A DNA stretch of 64,000 nt from the NCBI GenBank assembly GCA_965208615.1, contig CBDBPB010000004.1, positions 512,001-576,000 on the forward strand, given 5' to 3'. A model generated the notes under the pieces. It was not told the origin of the DNA. It did not search any database and saw only the letters and a list, made by a program, of their open reading frames with translations. Origin of the DNA: Spirochaetota bacterium (GTDB lineage Bacteria; Spirochaetota; UBA6919; CBDBPB01). The position numbers and the translations under genes were made by a program. Of this stretch, positions 1-9,826 are shown piece after piece (the stretch's first letter is position 1; each line of letters begins with the position of its first letter).

Positions 1-213
1 TATATAGGAGTAAGTGCTAAACTAACTATACCAAAAGACTGTGTAAAAATCATAAGTATAAACTTTGTTAGCCGTCCTAATGATAAAACATCAAAATATC
101 TAACCTATATGAATACAAAAGGAGAGCTTATTTCTAAAGAATATACAGATTATGGTATCCTTGAGGGTGAAATAAAATGGAAAAACTTTAATAGCTCAAT
201 GATATCCAAATAA
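1..213 (+). CDS. 3' end of a hypothetical protein, truncated by the window edge
   Basis: Frame 1 is open from base 1 (YIGVSAKLTIPKDC...NSSMISK) to TAA at 211-213. Confidence 0.6.
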   Translation, partial: YIGVSAKLTIPKDCVKIISINFVSRPNDKTSKYLTYMNTKGELISKEYTDYGILEGEIKWKNFNSSMISK

Positions 214-232
214 TGACTTATGTTATCAGTGG

Positions 233-2620
233 ATGGTATTAATGAAAGGCTATATAGCTGACAAATTAACAGATACTAACTTTCATCTCTCTATATTACA
301 AGATGTAAGCGAAATTATCAACTTTGCTGAAAACTTCCAAGAAGTTCTTGATAAAATTGTCAAACTAATAGCTAAAAGACTACAAATGAATGTATGCTCT
401 GTATACCTAATGGATGAGCAAACAAATACCCTTTTATTACAAGCTACAGAAGGATTAAATAAAAACTCCGTTGGAGCAGTTCGCCTTAAAGTAGGTGAAG
501 GAGTAAGCTCCTTAGCTATAGAGAAAAGAAGACCTATATCAATATATAATGTAAAAAATCATCCAAGATATATACACTTCCCAGAAACTGAAGAAGCTAA
601 CTTTAACTCTTTTTTAGCAGTTCCAATATTTAACAAAAAAAACGTTATAGGCGTTTTAGCAGTACAAAAAAAAAATAAATATTACTTTCACATAAATGAA
701 ATTAATATGCTACAAATTTTAGCTGTGCAAGTAGCTAGTGTTATTCAGGTTAGCCAAATATTTGAGCGTTCATTAATACCCCCTGAAAAACAAATAACTA
801 AAGAAAGCATAGAACAACCCTTATCTTATTCTATTCCCAAAAGTTATAGAACTACTACAAAAGAACCCAATAAAAAAAAACTCCTTACACTCCAAGGAAT
901 ACCAACATCTTTTGGGTATGGATACGGAAAAGTACGTATTCTTAATGATAGGTTTAACTATTCTATTATCACCGATCAAAAAATTGTAGAAGTAGAAAAA
1001 GAGTTATCCAGCTTTCATAAAGCAATTAAGAAAAGTAAAGAAGAAATTTATAATATATCTAAATCATTAAAAGGTCAGGTTCCAAAGGATATAACTAAAA
1101 TATTTGACTCCCATATAATGATATTAGAGGATAAGCAACTAATAAGCCAAGTAGAAGCTCTTATTAAAAATAAAAATAATGCGGCATACTCTACTCTACA
1201 AGTACTTGACAAATACTTGCAGAGCTTTTCGCAAATAAAGGATCCCTTTCTCAGAGAGCGAGTGGTGGATATAGAAGATATTGGAAAACGAATAATTAGC
1301 AATCTACTCGGACTAAGCCCTGTAGACCTAAATACCTTATCTGAACAATGTATTATAGTTGCCAGTGTTCTTACATCGTCTACTACTGCTAATCTGGACA
1401 CCTCAAAGGTTATTGGAATAATTACTGAACACGGTGGAAGCACTTCACATGCATCTATATTGGCTAGATCATTAGAAATACCTGCTGTTATTGGAGTAAA
1501 AAACTTACTAAATAAGGTACAGGTTGAGGACTACCTTATGGTAGACGGAAATACAGGTTTTGTATTTATTAATCCTCATAAATCCTTAATTAACGAGTAT
1601 GAAAAAGCTGAATTAAAAATTCAGGAATATCATAGTTATTTTCAACAATTTATTTCTAACCCTCTTAGTACCAGGGATGATATACCTATATCTGTCAGCA
1701 CTAATATAGGTATGCTTTCTGACATTGAGCTTGCAAAACAATATGGTGTAAAAAGTGTTGGCCTTTTTAGAACTGAGTTTCCGTATATGATAAGGGATAG
1801 ACTACCTACTGGAGATGAACAATATAAAATATACAAACAGGTTATTGATTCTTTTCCAGAAGGAGAGGTTACAATACGTACTCTGGATATTGGCGGGGAT
1901 AAGTTTTTACATTATTTAGCTATGCCTAAAGAAGATAATCCTGTTTTGGGATACAAGTCTACTAGATTCCTACTCGATCACTCATACATACTATTAGAAC
2001 AGTTAAAAGCTATTATTAGGGCATCCATTAATTCAAAGGTTAAAATATTATTTCCGATGATAAGCTCTATCAATGAGCTTATGCAGGTAAAGGACTATTT
2101 AGAGGTTGCAAAAGGTCTATTATTATACAAGGAAATTGATTTTAATCCAAACATTGAAATAGGAATTATGATAGAAGTACCATCAATAATATTCCAACTT
2201 GAAGACCTACTACCTCACGTTGATTTTATGAGCATAGGGACTAATGATCTTATCCAGTATCTACTTGCAGTAGATAGAGATAACGAAAAAGTATCTAATA
2301 TATATAGTCATTTTAATCCTGCTTTTATAAAGGCACTACATACCATACGAATAAAAACTGCTAAACATAATAAACCTATCAGCGTTTGCGGAGAGATGTC
2401 TGCGAGTCCAAGGGGAGCATTAGCCTTAATGGCACTTGGATTTTATGATTTAAGCTGTGCCCCGTCATCAATACCTTATATTCATTATTTGGTTAGGAAT
2501 ATTAATAAAAAGGTATTAGATGAGGTAAGGGGTAATATACTTACTCAAATTGATACTTTTGAGATTCAAAATTATTTAAATAAGGTTATAGGTGATTTTG
2601 CTCCTAAGCTTATGTCATAG
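233..2620 (+). CDS. ptsP: GAF-domain PEP-protein phosphotransferase (enzyme I-Ntr type)
   Basis: N-terminal GAF domain (LLLQATEGLN, FLAVPI, GVLAVQ); phospho-His motif GGSTSHASILARSL; PEP-binding motifs GLFRTEF, RTLDIGGDK, SIGTNDLIQY, CGEM. Confidence 0.93.
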   Translation: MVLMKGYIADKLTDTNFHLSILQDVSEIINFAENFQEVLDKIVKLIAKRLQMNVCSVYLMDEQTNTLLLQATEGLNKNSVGAVRLKVGEGVSSLAIEKRRPISIYNVKNHPRYIHFPETEEANFNSFLAVPIFNKKNVIGVLAVQKKNKYYFHINEINMLQILAVQVASVIQVSQIFERSLIPPEKQITKESIEQPLSYSIPKSYRTTTKEPNKKKLLTLQGIPTSFGYGYGKVRILNDRFNYSIITDQKIVEVEKELSSFHKAIKKSKEEIYNISKSLKGQVPKDITKIFDSHIMILEDKQLISQVEALIKNKNNAAYSTLQVLDKYLQSFSQIKDPFLRERVVDIEDIGKRIISNLLGLSPVDLNTLSEQCIIVASVLTSSTTANLDTSKVIGIITEHGGSTSHASILARSLEIPAVIGVKNLLNKVQVEDYLMVDGNTGFVFINPHKSLINEYEKAELKIQEYHSYFQQFISNPLSTRDDIPISVSTNIGMLSDIELAKQYGVKSVGLFRTEFPYMIRDRLPTGDEQYKIYKQVIDSFPEGEVTIRTLDIGGDKFLHYLAMPKEDNPVLGYKSTRFLLDHSYILLEQLKAIIRASINSKVKILFPMISSINELMQVKDYLEVAKGLLLYKEIDFNPNIEIGIMIEVPSIIFQLEDLLPHVDFMSIGTNDLIQYLLAVDRDNEKVSNIYSHFNPAFIKALHTIRIKTAKHNKPISVCGEMSASPRGALALMALGFYDLSCAPSSIPYIHYLVRNINKKVLDEVRGNILTQIDTFEIQNYLNKVIGDFAPKLMS

Positions 2621-2640
2621 GATAATTTAACAATTTGCAA

Positions 2641-3053
2641 GGGGTATTATTTAGTAATTTATACTAAGAAATATAAGTTATATACTAAAGCATATAAAGT
2701 AAAGTTATTTGCATTTTAGATTCTTTTGTGGAACAAAAAAGATAAAATATTGAAGAAAAATTATTCCTTAGCTTTAGACGTATTATTCTATTATTCTTCT
2801 CTAACACTGCTTGCTTGACCCAGTAATGAATACAAAAAATACTTTAAGCCACCATGATTATGAGAGCTATTAAGAATCAATTACTAGAAAAAAGAATTAC
2901 ATAACTCTTCCTATGAATTAAAGTTTACTGTTCCATAAAGGGATAGCTTAATAATACAATAGTATAGCAGATCCCTTTATAACAATTACCTATAAAAAAT
3001 GGACGCTAAAATGCTTTTTATTATATTTGCTGAAACCTTTTAAACAATATCCT
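2641..3053. repeat. Dispersed non-coding palindromic element, copy A (MITE-like or structured RNA)
   Basis: Colinear similarity with 47631-48138, including exact GAGAGCTATTAAGAATC (2862-2878 = 47883-47899); imperfect terminal inverted repeats; internal stem 2720-2735/2929-2944. Confidence 0.7.
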
Positions 3054-3099
3054 AATGCAAAATAATACAATAGAATGTTTAATAACAAGGACATATACC

Positions 3100-5400
3100 A
3101 TGAAGCAAAACTTAATAAATATAATAATAATATTAATATTTAGTTTCTCTTGCACTAATAAGGAAATAAGCGAAAAAGAATCCAATGATAACTTTAACTC
3201 CTCTATGTTAATAAATATTGACTCAACAGTTATAGGAAGTTTTAATGGTCACCTAGATATAGACTATTATAAAATAATAGTAAAAAAACCTACTACATTA
3301 TCCATAACCATAAATAGAATAAAAGGTTTAGATGTAAAAATACAAATATACAATAATAGACTCCTTATAAAAATAGTAGACGACTACCTAAGAAATGAAG
3401 GAGAAAAAATAAATAATATACACTTTAAACAAGGACTATACTTTATTAAGGCATCCATTAGCAAGCCAGAAGAAAAACTATATAAAAATATGAAGTCGAT
3501 CCAAAATCACAAGTACAAACTTAATGTTAAACCTATAAATAATGCCTATGAAGAAACTGAACCTAATGATCTTCCTAATCAAAGTGTAAATATAGAACTA
3601 GAAAAACCTATCTTTGGATACTATTCTCCATTTAAAAACCTCAACGACGAAAGTAAACTTAAAAAATTACCATTCGACCTAAAAGATAAAGATCATCTTG
3701 AAAAATTAAAACTATTAAGAGAATATGACTTTGACTGGTATAGCTTTAAAATCCCTAAGCCCGGTGACCATCAAATAATTATCGAACTCGAAAATACTAA
3801 ACTAGTTGACAGCGTCATCGGAGTATATCAAAAAAAACCCCTGCTATTCTGGAATAGTAAAGGTATGGGAGAAAATGAAACTATACCTAATCTAACAGTT
3901 AAAGGTGATGAAATATGCTATATCCTAATTGTGGGAGTAAATCACCATAGTACAACTAGTGAACAACTATACAAATATAAACTTAGTGTTAAAGTGAGAT
4001 CTAAAGCAAATCCATCAATGGAAACAGAAAATAATAACTCCATAGATAAAGCAAACTTAATAACTGAAGGATTTATACATGGATTAATAAGTCCAAAAAA
4101 AGACTACGATTACTATCACCTGCAAATAAAATCAAGTATAACTAAAGATAGCTTTCTAAGTAATCCCTTTGATAACTACTTTCCACCAGCTGACTCAGAA
4201 CAAGAAAAACTTAAAAAACTAAATGAAGAACAAAAAAACTCGTATACAGAAGAACTCGACGAAATTATACCCCTAAACCCCGAAGATGAACAAGATATAT
4301 TAAATGATCAAAATGATAATCCATTACTAAAAGATCAGGATAAATTAAAAAATAATCCAAATAAAACTAACCCACTACTACAAGATCAGGATAAATTAAA
4401 AAATAATCCAAATAAAACTAACCCACTACTACAAGATCAGGATAAGTTAAAAAATAATCCAAATAAAACTAATCCACTACCACAAGATCAAGATAAATTA
4501 AAAAATAATCCAAATAAAACTAACCCACTATTACAAAATCAGGATAAATTAAAAAATAATCAAAATGAAGACGGCAAAATACCAAAAAATAAGCCTAAAA
4601 AAGAACCCTCGTCCTATTTTAAACCCATAAGCTATCAATTAGTCCAAAATAATAACCTGGATGAACCAATACATAAAAAACGTAAACTATTTATATCCGT
4701 AACAGGAGTAAAAGGAGTAGATATTGAACTACGGCTATATGACTCAAAAACTAAACTCTTAAATGTCTATGATACAAACGGTAGAGGTAAGGGTGAGACA
4801 ATACAAAGCTATGATGTAAGTAAAATGAAAGATATTTATATACTAGTAAAAGGTGGAAGAAATAATTCCGGAGAAAATAATAAACAGCCGTATAAACTAA
4901 CCGTTAAAATAAAAGATTATGAATATACCCCCAATTACAAAGAAATATACGAAGTAGAGCCCAACGGTGAAACCATAGATATATATAAGTCTAACTTAAA
5001 CGAAATAAGCCAAAAACAAAAATCTCTACCCAATATAATATACGTTAACCAAAAAGTGCTTGGATTTATAAATCCTAAGGCATATTACCATAACAACATA
5101 AATCTAAAAGGTGATGTAGACTATTATGAAGTCAATCTTAACAGTAATAAAAAATATAAGGTTACTTTAATTGGGATTAAAGGTAGTAGGCTTAGTCTAA
5201 AGGTATTCCAAGCAAAAGACCATCGCAACCATAAAAAACAAATTATTACAAAAGGTAGACAAAAAAGATATGCAATATTCTCTACAGATTACTCAGTGAG
5301 CTATTTGGATAATATTTATCACATAAAAGTAACTAGTCGATACGGAAAAAGTGCCAACTCTGAAAAACCATATACTTTATTTATAGAAGAAGTTAAATAA
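3100..5400 (+). CDS. Lipoprotein with repeated pre-peptidase C-terminal (PPC)-like beta domains and a central tandem-repeat linker
   Basis: ATG 3100 with AAGGA RBS; signal peptide and lipobox FSFSC; recurring E-P/N-N-D/N ... G ... D-x-D-(Y/W)-Y motifs typical of PPC domains. Confidence 0.65.
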   Translation: MKQNLINIIIILIFSFSCTNKEISEKESNDNFNSSMLINIDSTVIGSFNGHLDIDYYKIIVKKPTTLSITINRIKGLDVKIQIYNNRLLIKIVDDYLRNEGEKINNIHFKQGLYFIKASISKPEEKLYKNMKSIQNHKYKLNVKPINNAYEETEPNDLPNQSVNIELEKPIFGYYSPFKNLNDESKLKKLPFDLKDKDHLEKLKLLREYDFDWYSFKIPKPGDHQIIIELENTKLVDSVIGVYQKKPLLFWNSKGMGENETIPNLTVKGDEICYILIVGVNHHSTTSEQLYKYKLSVKVRSKANPSMETENNNSIDKANLITEGFIHGLISPKKDYDYYHLQIKSSITKDSFLSNPFDNYFPPADSEQEKLKKLNEEQKNSYTEELDEIIPLNPEDEQDILNDQNDNPLLKDQDKLKNNPNKTNPLLQDQDKLKNNPNKTNPLLQDQDKLKNNPNKTNPLPQDQDKLKNNPNKTNPLLQNQDKLKNNQNEDGKIPKNKPKKEPSSYFKPISYQLVQNNNLDEPIHKKRKLFISVTGVKGVDIELRLYDSKTKLLNVYDTNGRGKGETIQSYDVSKMKDIYILVKGGRNNSGENNKQPYKLTVKIKDYEYTPNYKEIYEVEPNGETIDIYKSNLNEISQKQKSLPNIIYVNQKVLGFINPKAYYHNNINLKGDVDYYEVNLNSNKKYKVTLIGIKGSRLSLKVFQAKDHRNHKKQIITKGRQKRYAIFSTDYSVSYLDNIYHIKVTSRYGKSANSEKPYTLFIEEVK
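4318..4560 (+). repeat. In-frame 51-bp tandem repeat, ~4.8 copies (NPLLQDQDKLKNNPNKT)
   Basis: Seen directly in DNA and protein. Confidence 0.95.
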
Positions 5401-5427
5401 AATATGAAGGCATAACCCTCATATTTT
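5399..5427. terminator. Probable bidirectional intrinsic terminator between convergent genes
   Basis: Hairpin AAAATATGAAGG-cataa-CCCTCATATTTT with A/T flanks. Confidence 0.55.
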
Positions 5428-5440
5428 ATAACATAGACTA

Positions 5441-6871
5441 TTAAATGTCATAGTATAAAAAGAACTCATAAGGATGAGGCCTTAAATCTATGGCACTTAC
5501 CTCTGCATTCATTTTATATTCTATCCATGTCTCAATAACGTCTTGAGTAAAAACATCACCCTTTAATAAAAAGTCATGATCCTCGGCTAAGCCGTTAAGA
5601 GCCTCTCTTAAGCTACCTGGAGTAGCCTCTACCCTTGATAATTCCTCTGGAGGTAAATCGTAAATATTTTTATCCAATGGTTCACCTGGATCAATTTTAT
5701 TTTGTATGCCATCCAAGCCAGCCATAAGCATAGCAGAAAAGGCTAAATACGGATTACAACTGGGATCAGGATAACGAACCTCAACCCTCTTTGCCTTTGG
5801 ACTATGAGAATACATAGGTATCCTAACAGCGGCACTACGATTCCTAGACGAATAAGCAAGATTAACAGGTGCTTCAAACCCTGGTACCAGTCTCTTATAC
5901 GAGTTAGTAGTGGGATTAGTCAATGCAGTTAAAGCTTTTGAATGCTTTAAAATACCACCAATATAGTATAAGGCCATTTGACTTAATCCGGCATACTCCT
6001 CACCAGCAAATAATGGTTTTCCATTTTTCCACAAAGACTGATGAGTATGCATTCCAGTACCATTATCCAAAAAGACAGGCTTTGGCATAAAAGTTACAGT
6101 TTTACCATTTTGTGCCGCCGTATTCTTAACTATATATTTATAAAATAATAAGTCATCGGCAATCTTAACCATGGTATTAAACTTCATGTCAATTTCACTT
6201 TGTCCAGCAGTAGAAACCTCGTGATGCTGAGCTTCTACAACCAATCCACACTCTTGCATCTTTAATACCATTTCTGATCTTAAGTCTTGATACTGATCCA
6301 TAGGTGGTACAGGGAAATATCCCTCTTTATGCCTTATCTTATAACCCTTATTCCCCCCTTCTTCAATGCGTCCAGTGTTCCACTCGGCCTCGTTGGAGTC
6401 TATAAAATAATAACCTTCTTTAGGATTTTGTGCATAACGAACATCGTCAAATATAAAAAACTCAGCCTCTGGACCAAAATAAACAGTATCAGCTATACCA
6501 GTCGACTTTAAATATTCTTCAGCTTTAGTGGCTATATTCCTAGGATCTTTAGTATATCTCTCTCTAGTAATGGGATCATAAATAGTAGTAATCATTATTA
6601 TAGTTTTTATCTTACTAAATGGATCAAGAACCGCAGTACTAGGTTCTGGGATTACAATCATATCACTTTCGTTAATGGCCTGCCATCCTCTAATAGAACT
6701 ACCATCAAAACCTAAGCCGTCCTCAAAAATTCCTTCACTCATCTCAGTTGCTGGAATGGTAAAATGCTGCCATAAACCAGGAAAGTCCATAAACCTAAAG
6801 TCCACCATTTTTACATCATTCTTCTCAATGAACTCTAAAACTCCTTCAGGAGTTTTATTTTCTAATAACAT
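5441..6871 (-). CDS. glnA: Glutamine synthetase type I
   Basis: [38 protein letters not shown]; NIYDLP adenylylation-site motif; AGGAGG RBS. Confidence 0.98.
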   Translation of the reverse strand: MLLENKTPEGVLEFIEKNDVKMVDFRFMDFPGLWQHFTIPATEMSEGIFEDGLGFDGSSIRGWQAINESDMIVIPEPSTAVLDPFSKIKTIIMITTIYDPITRERYTKDPRNIATKAEEYLKSTGIADTVYFGPEAEFFIFDDVRYAQNPKEGYYFIDSNEAEWNTGRIEEGGNKGYKIRHKEGYFPVPPMDQYQDLRSEMVLKMQECGLVVEAQHHEVSTAGQSEIDMKFNTMVKIADDLLFYKYIVKNTAAQNGKTVTFMPKPVFLDNGTGMHTHQSLWKNGKPLFAGEEYAGLSQMALYYIGGILKHSKALTALTNPTTNSYKRLVPGFEAPVNLAYSSRNRSAAVRIPMYSHSPKAKRVEVRYPDPSCNPYLAFSAMLMAGLDGIQNKIDPGEPLDKNIYDLPPEELSRVEATPGSLREALNGLAEDHDFLLKGDVFTQDVIETWIEYKMNAEVSAIDLRPHPYEFFLYYDI

Positions 6872-7115
6872 TTGTGTTCCTCCTTAAAAAAAAACTCTAA
6901 AAAATACTAGGCTAATAGAGAATATATCTAATAAAAAAAATAAGATAACTATCCGCACAATAGATAACAGACTCTATTAAGGAAAAGTAAAATTAATTAT
7001 AAAATAAGGATATTATATAAAATAATATTTAATTATGGAATATTAACAAATAACTTTAAGGAAAGCCTTAATATAAACCTTATACTTTAATACAATAAGC
7101 TGTAGTAAAAAATAA

Positions 7116-7144
7116 AGTGTAACTTATTATCTGACTAAAGTCAA
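7116..7144 (-). promoter_or_regulatory. Sigma70-type promoter for glnA
   Basis: TTGACT-17 bp-TACACT on the minus strand, ~240 nt upstream of the start codon. Confidence 0.6.
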
Positions 7145-7174
7145 GAATATTTATAGAAAAAATAAAACCAATAA

Positions 7175-8182
7175 CTAAAACTTAAAAATCCACTTTTTAG
7201 CCGAACTCTTACCAGGATAAATCTTAGCCTCAGGATCAATATAATGCTTTGCCATATTAACGGCAACAGCCGCATCAGCAAAGCCTGTAGCTATTAATTT
7301 AAGCTTTCCAGGGTATGAAGCAATATCCCCAGCAGCCCATACTCCAGTTATATTAGTCTCCATTGTTTTGTCAACCTTAATGGCATTCTTTTCAAGTTCA
7401 AAGCCCCATTCCTTTATTGGACCTAAATTAGTTATAAATCCAATACAACATAAAATAGCGTCACAATCTAATACCCTCTCTTCATTCTTGCTCCTAGTGT
7501 TAACAAGCCTAACGCCAGTAATAGCATCCTCACAATAAACCTCGCTAATTTCAGTAAATGTATTCACTTTTACACTAGAGCTAAAAAGTTTTTTAAGACT
7601 ATCCTCGTGAGCTAAAAAACGATCAGACCTATTTAATAATACTATTTCTTTTGCTAAAGGCTCCAAAGTTAGGGTCCAATCTACAGCTGAGTCACCACCT
7701 CCTACAACCACAAGTCTTTTGCCCTTGAAAATATTAGGATCTCTAACAAAGTAATATAATCCCTTATTCTCAAGATCATCAATATCATGAACATCGAGTT
7801 TTCTTGGCATAAAAGCTCCTGCACCCGCAGAAATAATAACAGACTTACTAAAATATGTATTACCTTTCTCGCTCTCTAAGCGTATTACAGACTTATCCTC
7901 ACTATCATAACCTAACTTTATAACCTTTTCTTCTAAATGTACAATAGGATCAAATTGCTTTGCCTGCTTTCCTAGCTCAGAAATAAGAGATTCTGCCGTA
8001 ACCTTTGTGTAACCAGGTACATCATATATATATTTTTTAGGATAAAGAGCAGATAGCTGTCCACCAAGCTGACCCAAGGAATCTATTATCTCACAAGCCA
8101 TGCCCCGCATTCCACTATAAAAAGCGGCAAATAAACCAACAGGACCTCCACCTATTATTATAACATCACTCACATTAGGCAT
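7175..8182 (-). CDS. TrxR-type ferredoxin--NADP(+) reductase (YumC-like)
   Basis: GGGPVG, GGQLSALYPKKYIYDVPG, GGGDSAVDW, GKLKLIATGF; no CxxC active site. Confidence 0.88.
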   Translation of the reverse strand: MPNVSDVIIIGGGPVGLFAAFYSGMRGMACEIIDSLGQLGGQLSALYPKKYIYDVPGYTKVTAESLISELGKQAKQFDPIVHLEEKVIKLGYDSEDKSVIRLESEKGNTYFSKSVIISAGAGAFMPRKLDVHDIDDLENKGLYYFVRDPNIFKGKRLVVVGGGDSAVDWTLTLEPLAKEIVLLNRSDRFLAHEDSLKKLFSSSVKVNTFTEISEVYCEDAITGVRLVNTRSKNEERVLDCDAILCCIGFITNLGPIKEWGFELEKNAIKVDKTMETNITGVWAAGDIASYPGKLKLIATGFADAAVAVNMAKHYIDPEAKIYPGKSSAKKWIFKF

Positions 8183-8265
8183 AAATGGCCTCCTATTTAT
8201 AGGATTAGATAAATTTCAATATTAAAAAATATAAACATTATAAACCAATAAATCCATAACTATGT

Positions 8266-8883
8266 TTAAAATTTATTGTATATCTCCTCTACATAAAGTT
8301 TAAAATTAGAAAGATCACTGTTAGATAAGGCTAAATCAACCACCTCATTCCAGAATGCCTCTTTAGAGTCAGAAGGCAACTTAGTATTATAGATTTCCCT
8401 TAGCTCGCCCAATATCTTAGCTACTAGGTAATATTTTTTAGAATAGTCCTCTTTAATTTTGTCCCTTAGCTTTTTAGCAAGAATAGGAGCCTTACCAGAG
8501 GTGGATACAGATATAATAATATCAGAATCCCTAAAAAAACATGGAAAGGTTATATGACCATAATCAGGGTTGCTCACCGAATTACATAAAATATTACGTT
8601 TATTACAGTCATCCACAATACGATGATTTATATTAGGCTTATCAGTAGCGGCTATACATAATCTAATACCAGATAAATAATCAGAGGAATAGCTATCCCC
8701 AATAAATAATATATTCTCATCATCAATTATATCATCAAATAAAGAACTAATAACCGGTGATAAAACAGTTAAGTTAGCTATAAAAGGTAAAATAGCCTTA
8801 ACCTTTCTATAAGCAACCTTTCCGCCACCAACCACTAGTATACTAAACTTTGTTAAATCAATGTTAATAGGGAAATTAAGCAT
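8266..8883 (-). CDS. sirC: Precorrin-2 dehydrogenase/sirohydrochlorin ferrochelatase (SirC/Met8, CysG N-terminal part)
   Basis: LVVGGGKVAYRK, IAATD, ISVSTSGKAPILAKKLR. Confidence 0.88.
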   Translation of the reverse strand: MLNFPINIDLTKFSILVVGGGKVAYRKVKAILPFIANLTVLSPVISSLFDDIIDDENILFIGDSYSSDYLSGIRLCIAATDKPNINHRIVDDCNKRNILCNSVSNPDYGHITFPCFFRDSDIIISVSTSGKAPILAKKLRDKIKEDYSKKYYLVAKILGELREIYNTKLPSDSKEAFWNEVVDLALSNSDLSNFKLYVEEIYNKF

Positions 8884-8902
8884 CAAATTTCTTTAAGTAA
8901 AA

Positions 8903-9757
8903 CTAAACATTAGCACTAACTCTCTGTCTTAAGTTATCCAAAAAAGAATAGGGAATAGATAAGTTACCCCTGCCTGTACCAATTTTAACACTACTCTTAT
9001 ATTTTCCATGAAAATCACTGCCGCCAGTAATAACAAGATCATACCTTTTAGCTATCTCTAAATAATAATCAGTATCCTGAGTACTATGGTCAATATGAAA
9101 AGCCTCAATTCCAGCAAGGCCTGCATTTTTTAAGTCTAATAAAATCTCCTCAAACTCACTTTGCGATTCTACCCTTACATGCACAGGATGAGCTAATACA
9201 GCTATTCCCCCATTATCTATTATCATAGATATTCCGTCCTGAGGAGTAATCCGTTCCCTTGGCACATAACATAACCCTCCTATACCTAAAAAGCGGCTAA
9301 AAGCATGATCAATATTAGTAGCATATTCCTTTTTAACAAGGAGTTCAGCCATATGAGGTCTTCCTATTAAGTTATTACCGGCAAGATGATTAAGTTCTTT
9401 TATAGACATATCCACGCCATTCTCAAGAAGTTTTTTCAACATTTTTTCATTACGCTCTTCTCTACTTTTCTGGACTTTTTTAAGGCGGGCTAAAAAAACA
9501 TTATCGTATATATTTAAAAAGTATCCCAAAATATGAACACTGCCATAAAAATCGGTTGTTATTTCTACTCCAGGGATTAGTTCTATATTGCCAACTTTTT
9601 TGGCATATAATATAGCCTCTTCTATCCCTACAACAGTGTCATGATCGGTAATAGCAATGGCAGATAAGTTAGCATTTTTTGCTAAATCGATGATTTCTTT
9701 AGGGGTATATGATCCATCAGAAATAGTGGTATGTATGTGTAAATCAATTTTTTTCAA
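8903..9757 (-). CDS. PHP-domain metal phosphoesterase (TrpH/YciV family)
   Basis: DLHIHTTISDG, ITDHDT, GVEI, GRPH, LAHP, GGSDFHG; TTG start with GGAG RBS. Confidence 0.9.
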   Translation of the reverse strand: MKKIDLHIHTTISDGSYTPKEIIDLAKNANLSAIAITDHDTVVGIEEAILYAKKVGNIELIPGVEITTDFYGSVHILGYFLNIYDNVFLARLKKVQKSREERNEKMLKKLLENGVDMSIKELNHLAGNNLIGRPHMAELLVKKEYATNIDHAFSRFLGIGGLCYVPRERITPQDGISMIIDNGGIAVLAHPVHVRVESQSEFEEILLDLKNAGLAGIEAFHIDHSTQDTDYYLEIAKRYDLVITGGSDFHGKYKSSVKIGTGRGNLSIPYSFLDNLRQRVSANV

Positions 9758-9826
9758 ATTTACTCCAAAGACTAAAAAAAATGTACATTAATAGCTATTA
9801 TTAATATAATAACTTTTCAATGTATA

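Noticed and set aside
4318-4560. Regular repeats as a CRISPR array
   Set aside because: The units are contiguous, in-frame coding repeats with no unique spacers, and there are no cas genes
7116-7140. GlnR/TnrA box at the glnA promoter
   Set aside because: TGTAA and TGACT are 9 nt apart rather than TGTNA-N7-TNACA; I also saw no sigma54 or NrpR motif
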